64,000 nucleotides of DNA from an uncultured bacterium (GCA_905214955.1 CAJMON010000004.1:2289-66288); one strand, 5' to 3'. Shown: positions 8,563 through 19,475, counted from the first letter of the stretch. The notes: generated from the sequence alone by a model not told the origin. Translations and numbers: made by a program.

Positions 8563-11500
8563 CTACATTCTGGATGATTCCACCGGCTCTTTCATCATTC
8601 CTTCATTGATGTCTGCTGTCACTCCATCCCTGTATTTCGGCATCTTCCATTTCACATTCCATTTCTTTTCGAAATACTCTCTGTTTCTCTTAAAAATTTC
8701 CTGGTATTCTTTTGAGTCCAGCTTTTTAAAAGAAGCATTGTTGACATGATGGATAAAGACATCCTCTACCATATAAAAATGATATCCTGCTTTTTCAATC
8801 ACTTTCGCATAATCATCATCTTCAAACATACCTACCTGATAGTTGTCATCCAGCATTCCGTACTTGTCCATAATTTCTTTTCGAATCATGGTTCCAAACA
8901 TGGCAATACGATCAACATCCGTGTAGGTTTCATTGTTGTGAAGCCCGGTGTAAGAATAAGCAAACTCTTCCATCTCTTGCAGATTTGTATAACGTACACC
9001 AATCATTGCTTCATTTCCAATGGAGTTTGTCACTGCACCGCACATTCCGCATTCTGAATCATTCTGGAAATGTTTTACGAAGTTTGTCAGCCAGCCTCTG
9101 GTCACAACGGTATCATTATTTAACAGGACAATGTATTCACCAGCCGCTTCCTGAATTGCCTTATTATTTCCTCCTGCAAAACCGCTGTTCTTATCATTGA
9201 AAATCACTTTTACATGAGGATTCTTCTGCTCATCCAGCTGTTTTAAATACTCGATTGTTCCGTCCGTTGACTGGTTATCCAGAATCAGCAGTTCATAATT
9301 GGCATATGCCGTTTTTTCCAGAATGCTGGAAATACAATACTTGTTTAATTCCAGATTGTTGTAGGTCAGTACCACAATGCTGACTTTGGGAACCGCTGTC
9401 ATACATGCTTCAGCAAACCGCTCATACCGATGCTGCCAGTCGTTTTCCTTTGCAAATGCAATGCCCTCTTCTTTTGACTTCAAGGTATCAGTTCCTTTTA
9501 AGCACATTTTGATGTATTCCAAGAAAGTTTCATTCTCATTGGACATATACACATACTGGTCACGATATGGCTCCAGCTCCGGAATTTCCGTTGTTACCAC
9601 TTTCTTTCCTGCACTCAGATACTCATAAAACTTCACCGGGTTTGTTGCTTTGATCAAATCGGTAGATGTATCAAAAGGAATCAGACACACATCAAAATAG
9701 GCCAGATGTTTCGGCAATTCCTGATATTTCTTTTCTCCCAGCAGCTTGATATTTTTATGTTTCTCCAGCTGCTCTCTGTACTCTGTGATTTCTCCGATGA
9801 TCACCACATCGCAGTCCGGCATCTGGTCTGCCACATAGCAGACTTTCTCCCAGTCAAACCAGTGGGAAACTGCTCCATAATATCCAATTACCGGGCGTTT
9901 CTTATGCTCTTCTTTCAAAGCTGCCGTATAGAAATGATCCACTTCTGTTCCATTACGGACAATGGAAACATTCTTTGAATATTTCACAGCAATGTCATGC
10001 AGGAACTGAGAACTGGAAACCACTGCATCACTGGTTTTCAGCATATGAATACAGTTATTTTTCAGATCATCGGTAGTCGTGCCAAGGAATCCTGTAAAAT
10101 CATCCATATAATCTGTAACAATCTTAAATCCATAGGCTGTTCGCAGATACTCTGCACCCCATACCCAGTTAGGATAATCCAGAACAACCACCGCATCACG
10201 AATAGCATAGGTCCTTAACAGATCATCCATTTTTTTCTGAAACCAAGGAAGAAAGCCTTTCCATTCCGGAACATAATAAATGGCATTGCATTCATCACTG
10301 AAAAAGTCCACTACATGCAGATTTTCATTTAATTTTTCTACTTTTTCTTTGTTCACAAAGTTTGCATTGATATAGAAGACACGGTGGCCATTTTCAGAGA
10401 ATCGTTTTGCAAACTGCTGCGGACGCTGGAACCGGAAATCATAATTGATGACAGAAAACATCAGAATATCAGGCTTGTCATACTTCTGTTTTAAACATTC
10501 TTTGGCTGTCTTTTCAAGCACCATCGGAATCTCTGCTTCTACTGCTGTTTTCTCCAGGATGGCTTCTGGCTGTACAGGAGCTGCCACAGGCTGTGAAACT
10601 GGCGGTACAACGTTCACAAATGCCTCCCGGCTTACCGGAACAGCATTTAATAAATTGGCGATGTTTAAAATTACATTATAACCATCATTTCCTGTAAACT
10701 CACTCCGCTCTCTCGTAATGCTTCTTTTGCAAATCCCAACAAATTTCTTCTTTTCTTTCAAAGATCCCAGTAAGAACTGGCGCACAAACCGCATACATGC
10801 ACACAATACCTTGTAAGAAGTCTTGGAATTGATCTGATAGCACAGCTTTCGCGCACTAGTAATCGAAGCTTCATTCATACCTGCTTTTCGCAGAATTTCT
10901 TCCAGTTCCCTTTCCAAAGCTGCCTGATTCTGTTTTTCCAGAACAAGTTCATTTTGCAGGCTGCTTAACTCCCCCTGATGAATCTCAATCAGTTTTCCCT
11001 CGGATGCTTCTGCTTCCTGTTTGTACCTTTTTAACTGCTCTTCCCTGTCCTGAATGGTATTTTTATGGGTAATCACCACTTGCTGCAGCTGTCCATGTTC
11101 TTTTTTCAAATTCTGAACCTGTTCTGATACGGTCTGATACTGTTTCGTCATAGACTTCAGCTGCTCTTTCAAATTTTGAACCATTGACTCTTTTTCATCT
11201 ATCTGCTGCTGAAACCGTTCTTTCAGATTCCGAATTTCTATCTCTTTTTCATCTAATTTTTTCTGATATTCTTTTTCCTGTTCTTCTGCTTTTTCTTCTG
11301 CTTTTCTCTCCACTGATTTACAGATTCCATCTGTCACTTCATTTAGCATCTGGAAATAGCTGTCTTTTCCCTGTTCTTTTTTTAATACCATCAGAATCTG
11401 CTGATCCGGATAAAAACTGTTTTCAAATGCTTTCCCATCAACCGTATCCACATACATCAGGCGGAATCCGTTCACTTCCATCGGAATCACGTCTTCGGAA

Positions 11501-11976
11501 AAATGATATTCATGCTCTGAAATTTTCAGCTGTTCCTTGTATGGAACCATGACAATGATATATTTCTGGGCAACCTGCGTAATATTTTTCAAAATCTTCC
11601 ATGGATTATTGAAATGCTCCAGTACATTGGAACAAATCACAACATCGTAAGGCTGTGCATCATCCAGACACTGGAGATTTCCCACCCAGAAATGTTTGTC
11701 TGGATACATTTCTGCTGCCTTTTTAATGGCTTCTTCAGAAAAATCCATGCCATCTACATCTACTCCGAATTTCCGGGTATAAATGGGGACTCCTTCCCCC
11801 AGCGCACATCCCATGTCACACACAGAATACTCATTGGCTCTGATTTCTTTTACCAGCTCTTCCGGCAGCATCTGGCACAGCAAATCTGCAAAAAAAATCG
11901 TCTGCCGATCCCCTGCGTAATCCAGCCAGTCTGTATCAAATCTGTGATTCCAGTATTCTTTTGAATTAATATTCAT
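8563..11976 (-). CDS. Multidomain SAM-methyltransferase / long coiled coil / GT4-like / GT2 glycan polymerase-terminator
   Basis: VCDMGCALGEG and SNVLEH (class I MTase); E/K/Q-rich helix at about aa 220-385; FQRPQQFA...NPVKFYEYLSAGK (GT-B); VSIVVLTYNN, LLNNDT, FEDDDY (GT2). Confidence 0.88.
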   Translation of the reverse strand: MNINSKEYWNHRFDTDWLDYAGDRQTIFFADLLCQMLPEELVKEIRANEYSVCDMGCALGEGVPIYTRKFGVDVDGMDFSEEAIKKAAEMYPDKHFWVGNLQCLDDAQPYDVVICSNVLEHFNNPWKILKNITQVAQKYIIVMVPYKEQLKISEHEYHFSEDVIPMEVNGFRLMYVDTVDGKAFENSFYPDQQILMVLKKEQGKDSYFQMLNEVTDGICKSVERKAEEKAEEQEKEYQKKLDEKEIEIRNLKERFQQQIDEKESMVQNLKEQLKSMTKQYQTVSEQVQNLKKEHGQLQQVVITHKNTIQDREEQLKRYKQEAEASEGKLIEIHQGELSSLQNELVLEKQNQAALERELEEILRKAGMNEASITSARKLCYQINSKTSYKVLCACMRFVRQFLLGSLKEKKKFVGICKRSITRERSEFTGNDGYNVILNIANLLNAVPVSREAFVNVVPPVSQPVAAPVQPEAILEKTAVEAEIPMVLEKTAKECLKQKYDKPDILMFSVINYDFRFQRPQQFAKRFSENGHRVFYINANFVNKEKVEKLNENLHVVDFFSDECNAIYYVPEWKGFLPWFQKKMDDLLRTYAIRDAVVVLDYPNWVWGAEYLRTAYGFKIVTDYMDDFTGFLGTTTDDLKNNCIHMLKTSDAVVSSSQFLHDIAVKYSKNVSIVRNGTEVDHFYTAALKEEHKKRPVIGYYGAVSHWFDWEKVCYVADQMPDCDVVIIGEITEYREQLEKHKNIKLLGEKKYQELPKHLAYFDVCLIPFDTSTDLIKATNPVKFYEYLSAGKKVVTTEIPELEPYRDQYVYMSNENETFLEYIKMCLKGTDTLKSKEEGIAFAKENDWQHRYERFAEACMTAVPKVSIVVLTYNNLELNKYCISSILEKTAYANYELLILDNQSTDGTIEYLKQLDEQKNPHVKVIFNDKNSGFAGGNNKAIQEAAGEYIVLLNNDTVVTRGWLTNFVKHFQNDSECGMCGAVTNSIGNEAMIGVRYTNLQEMEEFAYSYTGLHNNETYTDVDRIAMFGTMIRKEIMDKYGMLDDNYQVGMFEDDDYAKVIEKAGYHFYMVEDVFIHHVNNASFKKLDSKEYQEIFKRNREYFEKKWNVKWKMPKYRDGVTADINEGMMKEPVESSRM

Positions 11977-12006
11977 ATGATAACTCTCGCCCTTTCACCT
12001 TTGCTT

Positions 12007-13383
12007 TTATTCCGCCGTGATTTTGGCCTTTACATCGTAAACTCCAAAAATCTTTTTATCTGAGAACACTTTAAAATACTGCACGCCCTCAATGTATTCA
12101 AAATAGGTCGGATTCAGATTTTCCCTGTTTTCCAGTGCAACGACCAGATAATATTCTCCCTTTGCCAGCATGGACTGAAACTCAAACGTCACACACCGTT
12201 TTCCTTTTCCCTGCAGTTTTATTTTCTCATCGTAAGTCGTTTTTACGCAAAGATCTGTTCCTTCTTTGTTCTTGATGGAAATGGCTACAGAAAGAAATTT
12301 GTGATCGATTTCCAGTTCATCATTGTACTCAATTTCTATCTTTAATTTTTCTTCAGGCTCAAAAAAATTCTTTTCCTTTCCATCTTCTCCAAGCATCCGT
12401 ACGCTTGTCACCATACCCACATTGGTTCCCCAGTGTGCAAGACATTTATCAAACCGGCTCTTTTCAGAAACTTTCGGTTTTATCTGTACTTTTTCTAGTA
12501 TTTCTGCAGACTTTTCCTCTGCTTCTGTGTTTTCATCCGTTCCCGACTCTGCTTTATCTTCTTGGGAAACTTCTACTTTTTCTTCTGTCTTGTTCTTTTT
12601 CAGAAGATCCTCATTATACTTTTTGTAGAGCGTAAACTGGGAACTGTCATCCAGATACATAAATTCGGTATACTGAGCTGTAATATAAGTCGGTTCCCCT
12701 TCTGCTACAATCTGCCCATTGTTCATCCAGATACAACGGTCACAGAATGTCCGCATCATGCCCACATCATGGCCCACATAAAGAATGGTAACTCCCTGTT
12801 CCTTAAATTCTTTGAATTTGTTAAAACACTTTGCCTGGAACCGCATATCTCCCACGCTTAAGATTTCATCTACAATCAGTATTTCCGGTTCTACATTGAT
12901 GGCACACGAAAAAGCAAGCCTTGCAAACATACCACTTGAATATGTTTTCACAACCTGCTCTACATAATCTCCTATTTCTGCAAAGGCAATGATATCATCA
13001 ATTTTTTTATCCATCTCCGCCTTGGAAAATCCCATCAGCGTTCCATAAAAATAAATATTATCAATGCCTGTATACTCCATATTGAATCCGGTTCCAAGTT
13101 CCAGCAGAGAGGAAATTCTCCCGTCTACTTCCACTTTTCCTTTTGTCGGTTCATAAATTCCGGTGATAATTTTTAAAAGAGTTGACTTTCCAGCCCCGTT
13201 ACGCCCCATAATTCCAAGAATTTCACCCTTTGGGACTTCAAAGCTTACATCTGTTAATGCGTAAAACTCCGTATGGCGCACTTTTCCGGTCAAGCTTAAA
13301 GCCTCTTTCATTTTATCCATAGGAGAATTATACATATTAAAGACTTTTGATACATGTTCCACTCTGATTTTATTTTTTTCCAT
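12007..13383 (-). CDS. wzt: Polysaccharide ABC exporter ATPase with C-terminal Wzt-C carbohydrate-binding domain
   Basis: GRNGAGKST, YSSGMFARLAF, ILIVDEILSVGD; charged linker then a beta-rich ~140-aa tail (LAKGEYYLVVAL). Confidence 0.92.
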   Translation of the reverse strand: MEKNKIRVEHVSKVFNMYNSPMDKMKEALSLTGKVRHTEFYALTDVSFEVPKGEILGIMGRNGAGKSTLLKIITGIYEPTKGKVEVDGRISSLLELGTGFNMEYTGIDNIYFYGTLMGFSKAEMDKKIDDIIAFAEIGDYVEQVVKTYSSGMFARLAFSCAINVEPEILIVDEILSVGDMRFQAKCFNKFKEFKEQGVTILYVGHDVGMMRTFCDRCIWMNNGQIVAEGEPTYITAQYTEFMYLDDSSQFTLYKKYNEDLLKKNKTEEKVEVSQEDKAESGTDENTEAEEKSAEILEKVQIKPKVSEKSRFDKCLAHWGTNVGMVTSVRMLGEDGKEKNFFEPEEKLKIEIEYNDELEIDHKFLSVAISIKNKEGTDLCVKTTYDEKIKLQGKGKRCVTFEFQSMLAKGEYYLVVALENRENLNPTYFEYIEGVQYFKVFSDKKIFGVYDVKAKITAE

Positions 13384-13400
13384 TTTTTCTGCCTTTATCT

Positions 13401-14204
13401 TTATACTGTATCCGCAAAATGTGGTTTTAATTTATAATAAATCGTACTGCTTATAAACATCAGAAGAATGACAATGATCCAAAAATAAAATGTCAGCCGG
13501 GGAGTTTCCCAGAACCATTTCCGTCCAATGACAGCATCTCTATATCCTTCAATAATATAATAAAACGGATTTGCCTTAAAAATAGGATGTACCTTTGCTG
13601 AAAAGTCCATTAAATTCCAGGCAATAGGGGTCCCCCACATTCCTATAAGAAGAATGACTGATATAATCTGGTTAAGATCCCTGAAGAAAACCACAACGGA
13701 AGATGTCAGCACTGTCAATACAAATAAAATTGCAAAATTTGCCGCCATATAATAGGGAATCTGCAATAAGTACAGCGTTGGTTTTATATGAAATCCCCAT
13801 GCAATCAACAAGGTAAATACACAGAAAAACAAATGAATATAAAATGCCGATAAAATTTTTACACAGGGCAGAATGCTGACATTAAATTTCACTTTTTTTA
13901 TCAGATAGTTGTATTCAATAAAGCTGTTGCTTGCAGAACTGACTGCTTCCGTTACAAACAGCCATGGAACGATTCCACACATGAACCACACAACATAGGG
14001 AGTTCCTTCCACATCACTGCTGTGAAACCCATACTGAAATGCAAACCAGTACACCAGAATCGTCAGCAGGGGCTGGGCAATCGCCCAGACCATGCCGAAA
14101 TACGTTCCGGAAAATTTTCTCTGAAAATCTTTTACGGATAAAGACCCCATCAGACGTCTGTCATTCCAGATATCGGATACCAGTCTTTTTGCACTGTTAA
14201 ACAT
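13401..14204 (-). CDS. wzm: Polysaccharide ABC exporter permease
   Basis: Start trimmed to MFNSAK; FSGTYFGMVW, GIVPWLF, FFRDL, TPIAW, NPFYYIIEGYR, HFADTV. Confidence 0.92.
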   Translation of the reverse strand: MFNSAKRLVSDIWNDRRLMGSLSVKDFQRKFSGTYFGMVWAIAQPLLTILVYWFAFQYGFHSSDVEGTPYVVWFMCGIVPWLFVTEAVSSASNSFIEYNYLIKKVKFNVSILPCVKILSAFYIHLFFCVFTLLIAWGFHIKPTLYLLQIPYYMAANFAILFVLTVLTSSVVVFFRDLNQIISVILLIGMWGTPIAWNLMDFSAKVHPIFKANPFYYIIEGYRDAVIGRKWFWETPRLTFYFWIIVILLMFISSTIYYKLKPHFADTV

Positions 14205-14205
14205 C

Positions 14206-15318
14206 TTATTCGCCTTTCGCCCATTCAAGAATATGAGAAACGATTCTTTCGCTGGCATGGCCGTCTCCATACGGATTCGCTGCATGTGCCATCTTATGGT
14301 ATTCTTCCTGATTCTCAATCAGAGTAACAGCTTCGTTTACAATCGTTTCTTCATCCACGCCAATGACTTTCACGGTTCCTGCCTCTACTGCTTCCGGACG
14401 CTCTGTTTCCGTTCTTAATACCAGAACCGGAACGCCACATGCCGGAGCTTCTTCCTGCAGGCCGCCGGAATCCGTCATCACCAGGAAACTGCGGTCCATA
14501 ATATTATGCATATCTTCTACATCCACCGGCGGGATCAGATGCACGTTCTGAATATCTCCAAGAATCCGAAATGCCGTATCACGGACTGCCGGATTTAAGT
14601 GTACCGGATAAACAAACACAAAATCCGGATATTTCTGTGCCAGTCTCTTAACTGCATTGCAGATATTTTCCAGAGGCTGTCCCAAATTTTCTCTTCTGTG
14701 TGCTGTCATCAGGACACATTTTTTTCCTGTCAGATCCAGATTTCTTAACGTTTCATCCTTAAACTGGTAATCCGGCTTTACAGTGGTCTGGAATGCATCA
14801 ATTACCGTATTTCCAGTAACAAATACATTCTTTGTGATGCCTTCTTTTCTCAGATTTTCTTTGTTGTTTGCAGTCGGTGAAAAATGCAGCTCTGCAATTC
14901 TTCCAGTCAGTGTCCGGTTCATCTCCTCCGGGAATGGAGAATATTTGTCATATGTTCGAAGTCCTGCTTCCACATGTCCCACCGGGATCCGCTGATAGAA
15001 TGCTGCCAGGGCAACCACAAAAGAAGTAGTCGTATCTCCGTGTACCAGGACGATATCTGGTTTTTCTTCCATCAGAACCGGCTCGATTTTTTCCAGGATG
15101 CTGCTGGTAATGGTGGTCAGAGTCTGTCTGGGTTTCATAATATCCAGATTGTATTTTACTTTTGTTCCGAAAATATCAATGACCTGCTGCAGCATTTCCC
15201 GATGCTGTCCTGTAAGGCAGACAACGCTCTCGATCCCTTCTGTTTCTTCCAGTTTTTTCACAAGGGGGCACATTTTGATCGCTTCCGGTCTTGTTCCAAA
15301 TACACTCATTACTTTCAT
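14206..15318 (-). CDS. wecB: UDP-N-acetylglucosamine 2-epimerase (non-hydrolysing)
   Basis: VFGTRPEAIKM, TGQHREM, HGDTTT, GHVEAGLR, HRREN, TDSGGLQEEAP, NPYGDGHAS. Confidence 0.95.
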   Translation of the reverse strand: MKVMSVFGTRPEAIKMCPLVKKLEETEGIESVVCLTGQHREMLQQVIDIFGTKVKYNLDIMKPRQTLTTITSSILEKIEPVLMEEKPDIVLVHGDTTTSFVVALAAFYQRIPVGHVEAGLRTYDKYSPFPEEMNRTLTGRIAELHFSPTANNKENLRKEGITKNVFVTGNTVIDAFQTTVKPDYQFKDETLRNLDLTGKKCVLMTAHRRENLGQPLENICNAVKRLAQKYPDFVFVYPVHLNPAVRDTAFRILGDIQNVHLIPPVDVEDMHNIMDRSFLVMTDSGGLQEEAPACGVPVLVLRTETERPEAVEAGTVKVIGVDEETIVNEAVTLIENQEEYHKMAHAANPYGDGHASERIVSHILEWAKGE

Positions 15319-15338
15319 TGTTCTTTTCCCGTCAGTTT

Positions 15339-16424
15339 TCACTGACTCTCCTTTCCTTCATCGAGTCTTTCCAGACAGCTTTTTATCTTCTGGTACCGCT
15401 CCTGCCAGGTATTGGCATTTAAAAATTCTGTTTTTTCCTGTTCTGTATAAGATGGCTGAAATCCGTTTTCTTTTAACTGTTTCAGCAGCTGGAAAAAGCT
15501 TGTTTCATCTCGATAAAAATAAACATATGGCCGGAATCTTTCTATTTCTTTGTAATAGGGCGCAATCACTGCTTTCCCCATATTGATATATTCATATAAT
15601 TTCACAGGATCCACTGCCTCAATGATGGGATTCACCTTGAACGGCATAATCATAGCATCTGTCTGTTCTGCCGCTTCCCACAATCTTTCATGCTCTAAAA
15701 CACCCATTTTATGAATATTCTCCGGCAGTGAACGATCCTGTCCGCCAGAAAATGGCCCCCAGACAGAATATTCTATATCTGGGAATCTGTCCACACTTTT
15801 CTTCAAGAGTTCAAAATCAAACCATTCTGCAACGGTCCCGATATATCCGATATTGTACCTGCTTCTCTGAGTCTGTTTCGCTTTTTGGGAAAAGTCCTGT
15901 CTTTTAAATCCGTTGCGGATCAATTTTATCTCACACTTCGGCCCCATCTGCTTTATTTTTTCTTTTAAAACACTGCTGCTTGCAAAAATAATATATGCTT
16001 TTTTTACCAGCAGTTTTTCCTGCTTTATGATGTTTTTCCGGATTTTCTCATCTCCGCACAATGCGGCATAATCATCCATACAGTCATAAATCAACTTGTA
16101 AGTTCCTTTTTTCGGAATATACTGATACAGTAGGGGATTTCCAATCCATACGGCATCATATTGTTCAAAATCTCTGATCTGCCTGGCGAAAAGCCATTTT
16201 TGGAGGAAAAAGGCTACTTTATTTTTATCCCGATAAGGAATTATCCCAACTTTCCGGCTATCCGGCAGTTCATCCTTGTCACTGCGCAGTGAAACTTTCT
16301 GGAAAATTTCTTTTAAGTACACGACTGTCACTTCATAATCTTCTGACAGCAGTTCTGCCAGGATCTGTGGCCGCTGTTTAATCCAATACCAGTCGATTCC
16401 CATCAGGTACAATAGCTTTTTCAT
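15339..16424 (-). CDS. GT-B (GT4/TuaH-like) glycosyltransferase
   Basis: DWYWIKQRPQ, YDCMDDY, GYIGTVAEWFD, DPVKLYEY. Confidence 0.8.
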   Translation of the reverse strand: MKKLLYLMGIDWYWIKQRPQILAELLSEDYEVTVVYLKEIFQKVSLRSDKDELPDSRKVGIIPYRDKNKVAFFLQKWLFARQIRDFEQYDAVWIGNPLLYQYIPKKGTYKLIYDCMDDYAALCGDEKIRKNIIKQEKLLVKKAYIIFASSSVLKEKIKQMGPKCEIKLIRNGFKRQDFSQKAKQTQRSRYNIGYIGTVAEWFDFELLKKSVDRFPDIEYSVWGPFSGGQDRSLPENIHKMGVLEHERLWEAAEQTDAMIMPFKVNPIIEAVDPVKLYEYINMGKAVIAPYYKEIERFRPYVYFYRDETSFFQLLKQLKENGFQPSYTEQEKTEFLNANTWQERYQKIKSCLERLDEGKESQ

Positions 16425-16437
16425 ACGCAGTCCCTTT

Positions 16438-17331
16438 CTAGCTGTCCACATAATTCCGGTAAATTTCCGCTGCTTCTATCGTCCGCTCCATGGTAAAACG
16501 CAGTCTTTCTTTTTCTTTCTGATAATTCTTTCTGGTAGCACTGCCACTTTCATGGTACACTTTCATCGAAGGATCGTAACACATGGAATAGTTCTTTTTT
16601 CTGCAGCGCTCTGCAAGAATATATTCTTCATAGAAGAAACGTGTCTCCGGCTCAAATGCTTTTTCTTCCTTTTTCACAAAATCAGGGGTAAAAATCAGGC
16701 AGGCCCCGAACAGCACAATTTCTTTTTTGGCTGTCTGGCAGATCGTCTCCTGCTTTGTCCGCTGTTTTGTCTGCATCCGGACCATTCTTTGATAATTCCA
16801 GTAAAGCGCCGGGTAAAAAACCGGATAAAACTTCAGCACAGCTTTATTTTTTCGAATGGTGGCATCCGCCTCTTCTCTGGTGCGTGTACGCCAATCCAGA
16901 GGATTCTGGTGCTCTTTGGTACTTTTCTTTATAATATCTGGTCCCAGAACGGCACACGGATTTTTCTCATAACTTTCTTCCAGACGTCTGATAAAATCCT
17001 TCTGTAAAAACTCAATATCGTTATTTAAAACTACCACAAAATCTGCCTGTTCTTTTTCTCTTGCATATGCATATCCCTGATTGTTTGCATAAGAAAAGCC
17101 GCCATTTTCAAAAATAGGAAGAACCGTAATACAGGGAAATTTTTCGTAACGTTCTGCCAGTCCTTTCCTTTTCTGTGGATCTTCGTGAATATCATTATCC
17201 ACAATGATAATACGGATCTGCTCCTGTCCATCCATCTTTAAAATCGACCGGACACAGGAATCCGTAACCTCTGCTTCTTTATAATGCAGTATAACAAAAC
17301 TTACACGGGCTTTTCCCATAGGATACCTCAT
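16438..17331 (-). CDS. GT2 glycosyltransferase
   Basis: SFVILHY, IVDND, NGGFSYANNQG, VLNND, FFYEEYIL. Confidence 0.85.
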   Translation of the reverse strand: MRYPMGKARVSFVILHYKEAEVTDSCVRSILKMDGQEQIRIIIVDNDIHEDPQKRKGLAERYEKFPCITVLPIFENGGFSYANNQGYAYAREKEQADFVVVLNNDIEFLQKDFIRRLEESYEKNPCAVLGPDIIKKSTKEHQNPLDWRTRTREEADATIRKNKAVLKFYPVFYPALYWNYQRMVRMQTKQRTKQETICQTAKKEIVLFGACLIFTPDFVKKEEKAFEPETRFFYEEYILAERCRKKNYSMCYDPSMKVYHESGSATRKNYQKEKERLRFTMERTIEAAEIYRNYVDS

Positions 17332-18323
17332 TTTTTATCACGTGCCAGACATCTGGAAACCGGATAGATCAGCCTGGTATGCACCAGAAATTTCAGCAAT
17401 GCTGTTGCCGCTTTCTGCGGCATTGGAACATCCGCATCTGAAAACAGCCCCGCTTTTTTATTTTTGTAATATTCCGGAAAATACGTTTCCAATATCCGCA
17501 CAATATAGCTGCCAAGTTCCGCCATGTCTTTTTTCGATGCGCCAATCCCCAGTTCAAAAAAACAGGTACATAAAATCCGTATTACAAACCACTCGTAGTA
17601 TTCTGGGCTGTTTGCTACTCCTTCTTTTTGCACCTGCACAAGAGTTTTCTCCAGTGCTTTGTACGGTAGTCTGTAATTTCTTAATCCTTTGAACTGATGC
17701 ATCGCCGAACTGCTGTGCTGCACATAATAGTAGCCGCACTGCGGCAGCGTACATATTTTATCACAGAGGGCGCTAAAAAGCAAGGATATCGGCATATCCT
17801 CTCCCCGTTCTCCCTCCTGAAACCGCACCTGATACCTTTCCCACAGGCTGCGCTTATAAAAGTGAGAACATACCGCCGAAATCCTTACTGCCCATTCTTC
17901 TCTTTCAAATCGCCTGTATTTCCCCGGCAGAATTCTCTTTAAAATCCTCCCTTCTTCCTCAACATAAGTCACGCCACAGATGACTATCTCCGCATTCTGT
18001 TTTTTCGCGCACTCGTAAAATTTTTCAATATAATCTGCACTGACATAATCATCCCCGTCCACAAATGTCAAATATTCACCATCTGCCAGTTCAATTCCTT
18101 TATTTCTAGCAGCTGACACCCCTGCATTTTCTTGATGAGTTAAACGTATCCGTTTATCTTTCTCTGCCATTCTCTCCAGAATCTGTCTGCTTCCGTCCGT
18201 ACTTCCATCATTAATCACCAGAATTTCCAAATTTTGATACGTCTGCTGGCAGATGGAACGGATACACGTTTCCACATATTTTTCATTATTATAAACGGGA
18301 ACGATCACAGATACCTTTTCCAT
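17328..18323 (-). CDS. GT2 glycosyltransferase
   Basis: VSVIVPVYN, INDGSTD, GVSAARN, FVDGDD, GED. Confidence 0.9.
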   Translation of the reverse strand: MEKVSVIVPVYNNEKYVETCIRSICQQTYQNLEILVINDGSTDGSRQILERMAEKDKRIRLTHQENAGVSAARNKGIELADGEYLTFVDGDDYVSADYIEKFYECAKKQNAEIVICGVTYVEEEGRILKRILPGKYRRFEREEWAVRISAVCSHFYKRSLWERYQVRFQEGERGEDMPISLLFSALCDKICTLPQCGYYYVQHSSSAMHQFKGLRNYRLPYKALEKTLVQVQKEGVANSPEYYEWFVIRILCTCFFELGIGASKKDMAELGSYIVRILETYFPEYYKNKKAGLFSDADVPMPQKAATALLKFLVHTRLIYPVSRCLARDKK

Positions 18324-18772
18324 TATACTTTCTTACCTTTCTGGCATTCTGTCTCTTCTAACTCTCCTTGTACTTCTCTTGCCGCAGCTGTCTCCTCGTA
18401 AAGTTCTTTCTCTTCTTCCTCTACAATTCCAATTCCTCTGTTGGCAGAATGGGAACGAAGCGCCACTTCCGAAGATAGTACCGTTACTTTTTCCTCCAGC
18501 TGGGAAACAATAATAGAAAGGGTAAATACTTTTTCCAATAAAATAAAAATGACGATCAGGAAGACCAGATTGGCCGGGGACATCACTCCCATAATCTCCG
18601 TCAGTTTGTAGACAATTTCTGGGAACAGGCTTAGCACACACAAAACCACTGCCACAAAAATCCAGAAGATGGCATCCTCCATTTTCACTTTCAGTCTCCG
18701 GATCTTGGAAAGGATCCACCAGGCAGTTACCACTGCCAAAACAAATAAAATCACACGAAGTATCGCTGACAT
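18323..18772 (-). CDS. DUF2304-family (GacJ-like) membrane partner of the adjacent Und-P sugar synthase
   Basis: Three hydrophobic segments, AIFW, GVMSPANLVF, charged tail; typical position after a DPM-like GT2. Confidence 0.8.
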   Translation of the reverse strand: MSAILRVILFVLAVVTAWWILSKIRRLKVKMEDAIFWIFVAVVLCVLSLFPEIVYKLTEIMGVMSPANLVFLIVIFILLEKVFTLSIIVSQLEEKVTVLSSEVALRSHSANRGIGIVEEEEKELYEETAAAREVQGELEETECQKGKKV

Positions 18773-18776
18773 TTTC

Positions 18777-19475
18777 TCACTCCTTTACCCGAATCCGCAC
18801 CCACTGGAACAGCAGGATAGAAAACAGCATTTTCATCATGTACCAAGCTGAATTTTTAAAATTCAGATAACTTGTCCCTGCAACCCGTTCCTGCATTTCC
18901 ACTTGAATTTCCTCGATATGTACGCCGCAGTTTAAAAGATAGGCCAAGGTATCTGGTTCCGGGCTGTAATGCATATCGTAACCGAAACGTTTGATCATCT
19001 TTTTATTAAACAGGCGCATTCCGGAAGTCACATCTCCAATGTATTTGCCTTTTGTGGTGATCCAAATAGCGGTAGTTAAAATCTGGCTTCCGATCATCCG
19101 CCCAGTCAAAGGTTTCCGCTTGGTCTTAAACCGGGAGCCAATGACAATGTCTGCCCCGCTGCGGTCCATCTCCTCCGCCATCGCCTTGATATATGCCGGA
19201 TCATGCTGACCGTCTCCATCAATCTGCACTACTCTGTCATATCCATAATAATTCGCATAGCGCATTCCACTTTTGATCGCTCCGGAAAGGCCGGTGTTTA
19301 CCGGAAGATCCAGAAGATTGTAATGGTTTCTGGCACAAATTTTTCTTGTATCATCCGTAGAGCCGTCATTGATGACTACATAATCATATTCTGGATAATT
19401 TTCTATCAGATTGTCTACTACTCTCTTTATATTTTCAGCTTCATTGTAAGCCGGAATCATGATCAGTATTTTCAA
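18777..19475 (-). CDS. GT2 DPM1/GacI-like polyprenyl-phosphate glycosyltransferase
   Basis: TTG start after GAGGAAAG; IPAYNE, INDGSTD, QIDGDGQHDP, IVIGSRF, DVTSGMR. Confidence 0.88.
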   Translation of the reverse strand: MKILIMIPAYNEAENIKRVVDNLIENYPEYDYVVINDGSTDDTRKICARNHYNLLDLPVNTGLSGAIKSGMRYANYYGYDRVVQIDGDGQHDPAYIKAMAEEMDRSGADIVIGSRFKTKRKPLTGRMIGSQILTTAIWITTKGKYIGDVTSGMRLFNKKMIKRFGYDMHYSPEPDTLAYLLNCGVHIEEIQVEMQERVAGTSYLNFKNSAWYMMKMLFSILLFQWVRIRVKE

